Source: Acidobacteriota bacterium
GTDB taxonomy: Bacteria; Acidobacteriota; Aminicenantia; Aminicenantales; Saccharicenantaceae
Direction: 5' to 3'
Length of the DNA stretch: 64,000 nt
Assembly (NCBI GenBank): GCA_014894455.1
Contig: JADBLN010000102.1
Span: forward strand, 48,537-112,536
In this document: piece by piece, positions 53,431 through 62,673 of the stretch
Layout: each line of letters begins with the position of its first letter
Position numbering within the stretch: position 1 is the first letter of the stretch
Notes under the pieces: generated by a model
Told to the model about the DNA's origin: nothing
The model's input: only the letters and a program-made list of their open reading frames with translations
Database searches by the model: none
Made by a program: the position numbers and the translations under genes

Positions 53431-53735
53431 GGTGAGCAGGAGGCCGATGAGGATCGGGATGGCCGTGAACTGGAGCTTGAGCTTTCCCGGGACATAGGTG
53501 CAGGCGAAGGGGACTTTCCGGTTTTACAGGACGCTGCCCGTTTTGGCCGTAACGGGGACCTGGTGCGGGGACATGTCCCCGTTCTTTACAAGCTGAGGGG
53601 CAGAATCTAAGACTTGATTAAGATATTTACCAGAATAGCGGCTTCGAGCCGCTCCGCCGCTATTCTGCCGGTCGCTCCCAAAAGTCCGCTCCCTGCCGCT
53701 CACTGCCGGCCCTGTGAAGGCAGCCTGTTTTGGAC

Positions 53736-56537
53736 CTAGTACCGCGGGTCCTTGAGAATGGAGGCAGACGCGGTCATCGTTTTGCCGTCGACCGAAAGGA
53801 CGAACCTGTATTCGCCTGGCTGAACGGAGAACGAAGCGAAATTCGGGTCGCCGCCCATGCCGCCGTAGCCCATTTCCCGGAGCCGGCGGGCCCCTTCCTG
53901 GGCGGCTTTCTTCTCATCGGCCGTCCGTTCGCGCCGGCCGGTCATGTTCCAGAAAGCCTTGTTCAGCCCGACGTCGGCCGTGCCCTTGATCTCGTTGAGC
54001 AGCAGGTTGCCCGCGTAGACCAGGAGCTTCACCTCGCCCTTGGGCTTGGCCTTGAAGCTGTAGTAAACGATCATTCCTGCCGGCTCGCTCTCGCCGGCAA
54101 AGTTCGAAGAGCCCGATTCACGCCGGTCCGTGCCGACCCAGCGGACCTTGGATTCGATCGCGAAGAGGTGGGCATCCTCGGCCAGGACCTCGGAGGTGAG
54201 CTCCTGGAGGGGCTTGATGTCGGCGATATACGCGCCCCGGCCGTGCGTCGCGACGATGAGGTCGGCCTCCCTCGGATGGATCTTGAGGTCGTGGACGGGC
54301 TGGGTCGGCAAGTCGTTTTTCATCTTCATCCACGCCTTGCCTCCGTCGATCGAGACATACACGCCGAAGTCCGTCCCCGCGAAGAGGAGGTTCGGGTTCT
54401 TGACGTCCTCCCGGATGACGTTGACCGGCCCCTCGGCGAGTCCTCCGGCGAGGGACGTCCAGGTGGCGCCGTAGTCCGTCGTTTTATAGACATACGGGCG
54501 GAAGTCGTCGTTCCGGAGACCCGTATAACTGACGTAGGCCGTCCCCGGGTCGAAGTTCGAGGCCGCGACGCGGCTGACCCAGTAACCTGGATTCCCCGCG
54601 ATCTTGTCGTTGAGCTTGGTCCAGGCCTTGCCGTTATCCCGGCTGACCCAGACGTTCCCGTCGTCCGTGCCGGCCCAGAGAAGGCCGGGGACGAGGGGTG
54701 ATTCGTCGAAAGTCGTGATCGTGCCGTACTGGATGTTGCCGTCGCCGCCCTTGCCGTCGGCCTGCATCTTGGACTTGTCGTTCGTCGTCAGATCGGGGCT
54801 GATCTCCGTCCAGGACTCACCGCGGTTCGTGGACATGACGATGATGTTGCCGCAGTGATAGATCGAATCGCTGTTGTGGACTGAGACGAGGATGGGAGCG
54901 CACCAGTTCCAGCGCGTCTCGGGCTTTACCCGGCCGTAAGAGATGCCCTTGGCCTCTCCCGTCACGAGGTCGATCCGGGAGAGCGGCCCGAACTGGGATT
55001 CGTTGTAGAGGGTGCGGTTGGTCGCCCGGTCGAAGACGTTGTACATCCCATCCCCGCCGCCGACGCCGAACCAATCCTCGAGGCGGATGGGCGGCCCGGG
55101 CGGGATGCCGCCGTCGGTCGTGCCCCGCCTGCCGGAGGGACCGCCGCCGGCTTTAGTGCTCGGCCCCATGAGCGAGCCGTTGTCCTGAAGGCCGCCGGCC
55201 ACCCTGTAGGGATAGGACATGTCGAAGTCGATGGCGTAGAACTGGGCCAAGGACAGGAAGTCCGGATGATACCAGTTCTTCCCGCCGTCCCAGGTCACGC
55301 CCAGGCCGTGGTCGTAGCCGAGGAGCATGTGGCCGCTGTCCTTGGGGTCGATCCAGAGGGCGTGGTTGTCTCCGCCGAAGTTGAAGGGGGAGGTCCACGT
55401 CTTCCCGCCGTCGCGGCTGCCCAGGACGCCGACGCTCAGGATGAAGACGTTATCGTCGTTCGTCGGGTCGATGATGATCTGTCCGTAGTAATACCCCGGC
55501 GCGCCGCCGATGCTGCGCTTGTCCGGACTGACTTTGCGCCAGGACGACCCGGCATCGTCCGTCCGGTAGATCTCGCCGTCGATCATGCCCTGGCTGGACT
55601 TGCCGTCGACGATCTCCTTCCAGCGGTCCTCGGGAGACATGCCCGGCTTGTTGGCGTTTTCGACCATGGCGTAGAGGACCTTCGGGTTCTTCGGGGAAAT
55701 GGCCAGGCCGATGCGGCCGAGGATGCCGCCGGGCAGGCCGTTCGTGAGTTTCGTCCAGGTCCTGCCGCCGTCGGTCGACTTGTGGACGCCGGAGCCGGGC
55801 CCGCCGAGTTGGAACGTCCAGGGCTTGCGGAGCCGGTCATAGGAGGCGGCATAGAGCGTCTCCGGGTCGACCGGGTCCATGACCAGGTCGACGACTCCGA
55901 TCGTCCGACCGTCGGCGACGACGTCGAGGACCTTGGTCCACATGATGCCGCCGTCGGTCGTCTTGTAGACGCCGCGCTCGGCGTTTTCCGAGTAGAGGTG
56001 GCCCAAGGCGGCCACGTAGACGGTGTCGGGGTTGGCCGGGTTGATGAGGATCCGCCCGATATGATGGGATTCCTTGAGACCCATGTTGCGCCAGGTCTTG
56101 CCGGCGTCGGCGGATTTGTAGGCGCCGTCCCCCCAGTACGTCGAGCGCGAGTTGTTGGCCTCGCCCGAGCCCAGCCAGAGGATGTCGGGGTTGGACGGGG
56201 CCACGGCGACGTCGCCGATCGAAAAGACCTTCTCGTTCTCGAAAAGCGGTTCGAACGTCTGACCGTTGTTCTCCGTCTTCCACAGGCCGCCGGAGGCCGC
56301 GGCCGCGTAGAACGTGTTCGGCCGCTGGGGCGGGACGGCGAAATCGACGAACCGGCCGCTCTGCGGGGTCGGCCCGATGGAGCGATAATCCAGGGTTTTC
56401 AAGATCTCCGCGGCATCGAGAGGAGCCGCGGCCGGTGTCTTGGCCTTGCCTGGGGCTCGGCCCTGGGCCGGAACGCTCACGGGCCCGAGGAGGATGAGAA
56501 CCGCGACCAGGCTAGCAAGCGAAAGCTTTCTTCTCAT
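53736..56537 (-). CDS. secreted BNR/sortilin-Vps10-type repeat protein (glycosyl-hydrolase-like beta-propeller)
   Basis: 933 aa. Signal peptide. Multiple S-x-D-x-G-x-T-W (BNR) motifs. AAGGAG RBS. Confidence 0.75.
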   Translation of the reverse strand: MRRKLSLASLVAVLILLGPVSVPAQGRAPGKAKTPAAAPLDAAEILKTLDYRSIGPTPQSGRFVDFAVPPQRPNTFYAAAASGGLWKTENNGQTFEPLFENEKVFSIGDVAVAPSNPDILWLGSGEANNSRSTYWGDGAYKSADAGKTWRNMGLKESHHIGRILINPANPDTVYVAALGHLYSENAERGVYKTTDGGIMWTKVLDVVADGRTIGVVDLVMDPVDPETLYAASYDRLRKPWTFQLGGPGSGVHKSTDGGRTWTKLTNGLPGGILGRIGLAISPKNPKVLYAMVENANKPGMSPEDRWKEIVDGKSSQGMIDGEIYRTDDAGSSWRKVSPDKRSIGGAPGYYYGQIIIDPTNDDNVFILSVGVLGSRDGGKTWTSPFNFGGDNHALWIDPKDSGHMLLGYDHGLGVTWDGGKNWYHPDFLSLAQFYAIDFDMSYPYRVAGGLQDNGSLMGPSTKAGGGPSGRRGTTDGGIPPGPPIRLEDWFGVGGGDGMYNVFDRATNRTLYNESQFGPLSRIDLVTGEAKGISYGRVKPETRWNWCAPILVSVHNSDSIYHCGNIIVMSTNRGESWTEISPDLTTNDKSKMQADGKGGDGNIQYGTITTFDESPLVPGLLWAGTDDGNVWVSRDNGKAWTKLNDKIAGNPGYWVSRVAASNFDPGTAYVSYTGLRNDDFRPYVYKTTDYGATWTSLAGGLAEGPVNVIREDVKNPNLLFAGTDFGVYVSIDGGKAWMKMKNDLPTQPVHDLKIHPREADLIVATHGRGAYIADIKPLQELTSEVLAEDAHLFAIESKVRWVGTDRRESGSSNFAGESEPAGMIVYYSFKAKPKGEVKLLVYAGNLLLNEIKGTADVGLNKAFWNMTGRRERTADEKKAAQEGARRLREMGYGGMGGDPNFASFSVQPGEYRFVLSVDGKTMTASASILKDPRY

Positions 56538-56549
56538 GGGATATGCTCC

Positions 56550-57671
56550 TTAATCTGCTGTTTGATTGTAAACGACGTTCTTGGCGGCGAGCTCGGCCAG
56601 GACGGCGCGGAACGACGCTTCGTCGCTCCCGACGAATTCGGGTGGGCAGACGCCCTTGCGGCCGAATTTCCCGGCCAGGACGAGGCGCGCGACCGCCGTC
56701 GCCGGAAAGCCCGTCGTCCGGGCCATCGAGGAGAATCCGGTCGTTCTATCCCGCCGGTCGAAAAGGCCGTAGGTGTACCGCTTCGGACGGCCGTTCTCTT
56801 CGCCCTCGACGATGATCCGCATGATCGTGAACTCGTCGTCCTCCTCGTGGAGGCGCCAGTGCTTGAAGAGGACGGCCGAGGTGATGTCGAGAGGCCGGAC
56901 GCTGCGGCCGCGGACCTCGATCTCCTCCAAACCGAAGAAACCGCTGTCGCGCAGGGCCCTGATGTGCCCGACGTGACCGGGATAACGGAGGGTTTTCTCG
57001 ATCATGTTCGGGACCTTCATGGTCGCGAGGAGCGAGCGGAGACCGTCGGAGTTGAACGCCTCGAGCGTGCCGATTTCGGGGAAATCCATGTTCTCGACGT
57101 CCGAGAGGGCGGGCTTGACGACGACATGTCCGTTCTCGACGTAGCGGGCCGGCCGGGTGTATTCCTCGATGACGTCGGCGGGCGAAAAAGGCGCCTTGTA
57201 CTCGAAGGGGAATTCCCGCCGGAAGGGCAGGCCTCCGACATAGCATTCGAAGCGTCCGACCGCCATCCGGGCGGCATGATAGCCGAGGATCATGTTGCTC
57301 ATCCCCGGGGCGACTCCGCAGTCGACGACGGCGGTCACCCCGGTCTTCCGGGCGGCGTCGTCGAGGAGGAAGGCGTCCTCGGGGAAAAAGGAGATGTCCA
57401 CGATGTCCTTCCCGGCGGCGATGACCTCCCGCAAGGTGGCGAAGCCCATGGACCCGGGCACGGCCCCGACGACGAGATCGCACTCGCGGACGACGTCCCG
57501 GACGGCGGCGGCGTCCGACAAGTCGACCCGCAGCCGTTTGACCGGGGTCTTTTGGAGCCCATCCAGGTTGACCGGACTGATGTCGACGGCGGTGACCTCG
57601 AAATCCGCAGCAAGGTCGGCGGCCATGACCCGGCCGACCATTCCCGAACCCAGGACGATGATCTTCTTCAC
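56550..57671 (-). CDS. saccharopine dehydrogenase family NAD(P)-binding protein
   Basis: 373 aa, GTG start after AAGGAG. N-terminal KIIVLGSGMVG Rossmann fold and Sacchrp_dh-like body. Confidence 0.75.
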   Translation of the reverse strand: MKKIIVLGSGMVGRVMAADLAADFEVTAVDISPVNLDGLQKTPVKRLRVDLSDAAAVRDVVRECDLVVGAVPGSMGFATLREVIAAGKDIVDISFFPEDAFLLDDAARKTGVTAVVDCGVAPGMSNMILGYHAARMAVGRFECYVGGLPFRREFPFEYKAPFSPADVIEEYTRPARYVENGHVVVKPALSDVENMDFPEIGTLEAFNSDGLRSLLATMKVPNMIEKTLRYPGHVGHIRALRDSGFFGLEEIEVRGRSVRPLDITSAVLFKHWRLHEEDDEFTIMRIIVEGEENGRPKRYTYGLFDRRDRTTGFSSMARTTGFPATAVARLVLAGKFGRKGVCPPEFVGSDEASFRAVLAELAAKNVVYNQTAD

Positions 57672-57733
57672 GGAGTCTCCTTGAGGATGGCGTTGAATGG
57701 AGTACTATAGCCCAGGCGCCGCGTCCTTTCAAC

Positions 57734-58867
57734 TCAATAATTGCCGCCCGCCTCGGCGGCCTCGGCGAGAACGAGGACGTTCTCGCGGGGTGTCCGGGGG
57801 GCGATCGAGCAGGCCGTGCTCAGGATGTAGCCGCCCCCGGGTTTCCCGGTCGCGACACGGCGGAGAGCGTCGTCGCGGACGATCTCCGCCGACCCGGAAA
57901 GGAGGACGTGGACGGGGTCGATATTTCCCTTGATAAAAACCTTCCCCCCGATGCGCTTCTTGGCATCGGCGAGGTCCACGCGGCCGAGAGGCGGCGGGTC
58001 GAGGCACTCGATCCCCGAAGCCCCGGAGCCGGCCATGAGCTCGAGCCGGTCGTGGATGTCGCCGCAGGTATGGAGGTAGGCCCGGGCGCCGCGGGCTTCG
58101 ACGGCCCGGACGATCCGGCTTTCGTAAGGGAGGACGAACGTTCTGTAGAAGGCCATCGACAGGAAGCCCGCGCCGGCGAACGGTGAGGAGATCTTGACGG
58201 CATCCACCCCTTCGTCGACCAGCCCTTCGGCGACGGCGACGACCCCGGCCGTGAATCTCCCAAGAATCTGGGCGGCCCGGCCGGGATCTTCGAGGAACCC
58301 GATCATGGCCTGTTCGAAGCCGAAGAGATCGAGGAAGTAATCGAGAGGCGAAGTCACCTCGCCGTGGATGGAGAATTCCCCTCCGGCCAGCTCCCGGACG
58401 ATGGAGATGACGTCGAAGAGATGCTCCGGATCGAGGGCGAACCGGAGCCCCTGGGATACGGGGATGTAGGCGACCTCCGGCGGCAGCGACTCGGGGTCGA
58501 AACGGCCGAAGTCCGGACGAACGGGCGTCCGGGCGGGATGGACAACGGGGAGGTCGTCGAACGGGAAGAACGTCGTATCCCCGTTTTTCCAACGGACGCG
58601 CTCTCCGCCCGGCCCCCGGTCCAAGGCCGCGACGCGTCGTTCCCAGCCGGCGGAATGGCCGTGAAGGCTGACCAGGATCCCGTCGAAACCGTAGAGTGAT
58701 CTCATCTTGACGAGACCGTCGGCGAAAGTGTCGGCCGCATGCCAGAAACGGGCCGGCTCGGCTCCGGTCTGCAAGAGCATGTGCCCGATGCTCATCTGGC
58801 ACATCACCGGCACGCGGTCGGGAACGGACCTCGACATGGCCGCGGCCATTCTCTCTTTCGGCGTCAT
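57734..58867 (-). CDS. uroporphyrinogen decarboxylase (URO-D) family protein (MtaA/CmuA-like methyltransferase type)
   Basis: About 377 aa from the ATG after GGGAGGA. The track ORF extends 31 codons further upstream. URO-D family N-terminal motif (PDRVPV) and barrel. Confidence 0.7.
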   Translation of the reverse strand: MTPKERMAAAMSRSVPDRVPVMCQMSIGHMLLQTGAEPARFWHAADTFADGLVKMRSLYGFDGILVSLHGHSAGWERRVAALDRGPGGERVRWKNGDTTFFPFDDLPVVHPARTPVRPDFGRFDPESLPPEVAYIPVSQGLRFALDPEHLFDVISIVRELAGGEFSIHGEVTSPLDYFLDLFGFEQAMIGFLEDPGRAAQILGRFTAGVVAVAEGLVDEGVDAVKISSPFAGAGFLSMAFYRTFVLPYESRIVRAVEARGARAYLHTCGDIHDRLELMAGSGASGIECLDPPPLGRVDLADAKKRIGGKVFIKGNIDPVHVLLSGSAEIVRDDALRRVATGKPGGGYILSTACSIAPRTPRENVLVLAEAAEAGGNY

Positions 58868-58977
58868 CGGTCCTCCCGCGCCGGGGAGGATAGCCCCGTT
58901 GCCGGCGCCGGTCAAGGGCCGGGATTTACATTTCGCGGCCCGGACATTATCATACCCCAAACGACTAAAGATACGAG

Positions 58978-60108
58978 ATGATCAAGACGCGATCCTTTCT
59001 TTTTTTCGCCCTGGTTTTCGTCTTCGTTCTCGCGCCCGGTCGCGCGTCCGCCCAGGATATCCAGGCCGGGGGCACGGAAAAAGACACCAAAAACTCCAAG
59101 GACCCCTTCAAGGCCCACCTCATCGCCTTCCCCTTCATCTATTACTCCCCCGAGACGAAACTCGCTTTCGGCAGCGGCGGCATCCTTAATTTCCGCGCGG
59201 GACGCAACAAAGAGCAGACTCGCGCTTCCACCATCTGGGCCTTCGGCACGTACAATCTGGCCAGGCAGTTCCAAGTCATGGTCAAGCCCGAGATCTATTT
59301 CGAACGCAACCGCTTCTTCCTGAGCGGCAACCTGCGCTACGAGAGGACGCCCCAGAATTTTTTCGGCATCGGCAACGACATGCCGTCGACCGCCGAGGAA
59401 TCCTACACGCCGCGGATCGTAACCATCCAATTGAGCGTGAAGAAGAGATTTCTGGGGCACTTTTTCGCCGGCGTCCAATATGATTTCGAACAGATGACGA
59501 TGGAGAAGGTCGAACCCGGCGGCATGCTCAGTACGGGAAGCATCACGGGAAGCCGTGGCGGGCTACTCTCCGGCTTCGGGGCCAGCCTGGACTGGGACAC
59601 CCGCGACGCCGTCCTCTACCCCCGCAAGGGTGTTTTTTTTCAGCTCACGGTCGATACCTACAGCGCAATGACCGGGAGCGACTTCACCTTCACCAGCCTC
59701 AAACTCGATTGCCGCAAGTATTTCCTCGTCGCGCCGGACCAAGTCCTGGCCCTCCAGGCGTACATCAGGTCGACCGCCGGAGAAGTCCCGTTCCATAAAC
59801 TCGCCTTCCTCGGCGGGGAATCCCTCATGCGCGGCTATTACAAGGGCCGTTTCCGGGACAAAGACATCCTGGCCGTCCAGGCCGAATACCGGGTGATGGT
59901 GACGAAGAGGATCGGCGTCGTCGGGTTCGCCGGGCTGGCCAAGGTCTTTCCCGAGTTCGCGGACTTCAAGCTCAGCAACATCAAGTATTCCGTGGGCACC
60001 GGCGTCCGCTACATGCTGAACAAGCGCGAGGGCACGAACCTGCGCCTGGATATGGCCTGGGGCAAGGCGTCCTTCGGCCTCTACGTCACCGTCCAGGAAG
60101 CTTTTTAG
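58978..60108 (+). CDS. outer-membrane beta-barrel protein (Omp85/surface-antigen-like barrel domain)
   Basis: 376 aa. Signal peptide. Alternating amphipathic beta-strands, C-terminal aromatic residue (..QEAF). Confidence 0.6.
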   Translation: MIKTRSFLFFALVFVFVLAPGRASAQDIQAGGTEKDTKNSKDPFKAHLIAFPFIYYSPETKLAFGSGGILNFRAGRNKEQTRASTIWAFGTYNLARQFQVMVKPEIYFERNRFFLSGNLRYERTPQNFFGIGNDMPSTAEESYTPRIVTIQLSVKKRFLGHFFAGVQYDFEQMTMEKVEPGGMLSTGSITGSRGGLLSGFGASLDWDTRDAVLYPRKGVFFQLTVDTYSAMTGSDFTFTSLKLDCRKYFLVAPDQVLALQAYIRSTAGEVPFHKLAFLGGESLMRGYYKGRFRDKDILAVQAEYRVMVTKRIGVVGFAGLAKVFPEFADFKLSNIKYSVGTGVRYMLNKREGTNLRLDMAWGKASFGLYVTVQEAF

Positions 60109-60123
60109 TCGGAAGCGACGCGG

Positions 60124-60576
60124 CTATTTCGCGAGTTCCGACGTGCAATGCGGGCAGCGGACCGCCTTGAGCGGAACGGCCGTCGCGCAGAACGGGCACT
60201 CTTTCGTCGTCGGAGCCGGGGCGGGGGCCTCGGCTTTTCTCTTCATCCGATTCATGCTCCGGATCATCAGGAAGAGCGCGAAAGCGACGATGAGGAAGCT
60301 GATGATCTTATTGATGAATGCCCCGTAGTTCAGGGTGACCGCCCCGGCCTGTTGGGCGGCGGCGAGCGAGGCGTAGGGGCCCGGCGTCTGACCGGCCGTC
60401 AGAAGCACATAGAGGTTGGCGAAATCGACTTTGCCGAGGAGCAGTCCGATGGGCGGCATGAGGACGTCGGCGACGAGCGAAGTGACAATGGTCCCGAAAG
60501 CGGCGCCGATGATGATGCCCACGGCCATGTCCACGACCGAGCCGCGCAAAGCGAATTCGCGGAATTCTTTGAACAT
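60124..60576 (-). CDS. mscL: large-conductance mechanosensitive channel fused to a C-terminal zinc ribbon
   Basis: 150 aa. [28 protein letters not shown]... matches MscL. After a Pro/Ala linker the C-terminus is CPFC-x11-CPHC. GGAGG RBS. Confidence 0.85.
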   Translation of the reverse strand: MFKEFREFALRGSVVDMAVGIIIGAAFGTIVTSLVADVLMPPIGLLLGKVDFANLYVLLTAGQTPGPYASLAAAQQAGAVTLNYGAFINKIISFLIVAFALFLMIRSMNRMKRKAEAPAPAPTTKECPFCATAVPLKAVRCPHCTSELAK

Positions 60577-60632
60577 TCTAACCTCCTCTGAATTCGTTCC
60601 CGGCTAACATGTAATAAGAACGCGGGAGTTTG

Positions 60633-62666
60633 TCAATCTTTGACGACCGGGAAAGTGGAGATCCGCAGCCGGGCGCAGCCCATGGGGACGAGCTCAACCT
60701 CCTCGACCGAGCCCTCGCCTGCGGCCGGGCTCGGCGGGACGAGACCGACCATCCGTCCTTCCTCCGTCCATCCGGGGACGCGGCGGGCCATCGCTTTGAG
60801 GACGATCGGCGCCCCGTCCGGCGTGAACGGCTGATAGGGAGGAGTTTGCCTGGCCGATACCCGGATGGCCGGGACGGACCCCGGGCCCCTGAGCAAAAGG
60901 CCATAATTCCAGGCAGTCGTCGGCAGGATCTCGTAGGCCGGCCAGGCGTCCGTTCCGCCGTACCGCCGCCAGTTCTCTCCGATCTTGAGCGAATACCAGA
61001 GGGGGCCTCGGCGGACGGAGACGGCGCCGCGGACGGACGGCCAGCCGACGACTTCGATCGCCGGGGCGAATTCCAGCCGGATCTGGTCGCCGTGCCGCCA
61101 GGTCCGCCGCAGGACGGCATACCGGCCGCCGCGGAATTCTCCCTCGAGCGGGCGCCCGTTGAGGAGGACCCGGACCTTCGCCGCCCAACCGGGAAGCCTC
61201 AGGTAGAGCGGGAACTCGACCGGCCGGTCACAGGAGACCGTGAGCTGGATCTGGTCGTCGAACGGGTAGAAGGTCTCCTCCGACACGGCGACCTCCGTCC
61301 CGTCGGCGACCTTGGCTTTCACCGTGGAAGGGGCATAGAGGACGGCCGCGAGGCCGTTGTCGGCCGTCGCCATCCACAGATGCTCGGCGAAATACGGCCA
61401 GCCGAACGCGACGTTATGCTGGCAACAGCGATAGCTCCAGGGGTCGAACGAGACGAGAGTTCCGGAATTCTGGAAATCGTGCTCCCCCGTGCTGTCGCAG
61501 GAAATGAGGTTCGGCGCGGTCAGGTAGTGAAGGCCCTTGAGATCTGGCGTCATGGACGCCGGCAGGGAATTGAAGGCGACCTCTTCGGCGCGGTCGGCCC
61601 AAACGGTCTCCCCGGTGATCTTGAGCAGCGACTCGAAGCTGGCCATGAATTCCACCATGGTGCAGGTTTCGGCGCCCTGACGGGGATCCTCCTTCCCCAG
61701 CCGGATGTTCTCGTCCGCTCCGAACATCCCGCCCGGCTGGCGGCCGTACCGGTCCATGACCTGGCGGTAGTTGCGTTCGACGGCCTCGAGGTAGGTCCGG
61801 TCCCGCACCTGTTGGAAATAGACGCCCGGCTGGCGGAAGCCCATGGCGATGTTGACCCCGTGGTAGAACGAGCTCTCGACTCCATCCTTGTCCCTTGCGG
61901 GTGTGAGGATGGGCGAGGTCCAATCCGACGTCCGCGCGAACAGTTTCCGGGCGAGGTCGAGGAGGAATCTCTCGCCCGTCCGGTTATAGAGCCAATAGAC
62001 GCTTTCCAGGTTCTCCCCTCCCCTCAGCTTCTGCCAGCTTTCCGGTAGGAGATCTTCGGCGGCGAGGTGGAATTCGAACTGAAAATAGCGGCTCATGAGG
62101 GACAGGACGCGGCGGTCGCCGGTGGCCTCGTAGAAGCTCTGCATGGCCGCCAGCATGACCATGTTCGGCCAGAGGTCCCGCGCGGCGCGGTTGTCCATGG
62201 GCCCGAAATAGCCGTCCCGCGCCTGCGACTTGAAAGCCCGGACGAGCCATCGCTCGGTCTCGCGGCGGATCGTCGCGTCTTTGAGAAGATAGCCGAGGTC
62301 GCCATAGCCCTTGAGCCAATAGGGCATCTCCTCCCAGCCTTTGCCCTTGAGAGTGATCCAGCCGCTGTCGGCCCCGAGGAAACGGCTGAGCTCGGCCAAG
62401 CGGCCGGTGAAGCCGTCCCGCATGAGTTGGAGTTGGGCCATGAGCCAGCCGCGCGGCTCGACGGCCCCGATCGGCAGCTTGACCAGAGGGCTCACGGCCA
62501 AAGGGGATTTGTTGGAGGGATAGTGGATGTTCGGCGCGGCGGACGGAGGGACGTCCACGGTCCGTGCTTCTTCTTGGAGGCCCGGTTCAGAAGCGGCCTG
62601 AGAGCCGACCCGGGATTGGAGGAATACGAGAGCCAGAAGGAGTGCCGGGATGACCAAATGTCTCAT
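60633..62666 (-). CDS. glycoside hydrolase family 127 (DUF1680; beta-L-arabinofuranosidase-like), secreted
   Basis: About 677 aa from the ATG MRHLVIPALLLALVFL (signal peptide). The track ORF extends 75 codons upstream through low-complexity sequence. GH127-like, with a Cys-rich region (CCQHN). Confidence 0.7.
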   Translation of the reverse strand: MRHLVIPALLLALVFLQSRVGSQAASEPGLQEEARTVDVPPSAAPNIHYPSNKSPLAVSPLVKLPIGAVEPRGWLMAQLQLMRDGFTGRLAELSRFLGADSGWITLKGKGWEEMPYWLKGYGDLGYLLKDATIRRETERWLVRAFKSQARDGYFGPMDNRAARDLWPNMVMLAAMQSFYEATGDRRVLSLMSRYFQFEFHLAAEDLLPESWQKLRGGENLESVYWLYNRTGERFLLDLARKLFARTSDWTSPILTPARDKDGVESSFYHGVNIAMGFRQPGVYFQQVRDRTYLEAVERNYRQVMDRYGRQPGGMFGADENIRLGKEDPRQGAETCTMVEFMASFESLLKITGETVWADRAEEVAFNSLPASMTPDLKGLHYLTAPNLISCDSTGEHDFQNSGTLVSFDPWSYRCCQHNVAFGWPYFAEHLWMATADNGLAAVLYAPSTVKAKVADGTEVAVSEETFYPFDDQIQLTVSCDRPVEFPLYLRLPGWAAKVRVLLNGRPLEGEFRGGRYAVLRRTWRHGDQIRLEFAPAIEVVGWPSVRGAVSVRRGPLWYSLKIGENWRRYGGTDAWPAYEILPTTAWNYGLLLRGPGSVPAIRVSARQTPPYQPFTPDGAPIVLKAMARRVPGWTEEGRMVGLVPPSPAAGEGSVEEVELVPMGCARLRISTFPVVKD

Positions 62667-62673
62667 GAAAGCC

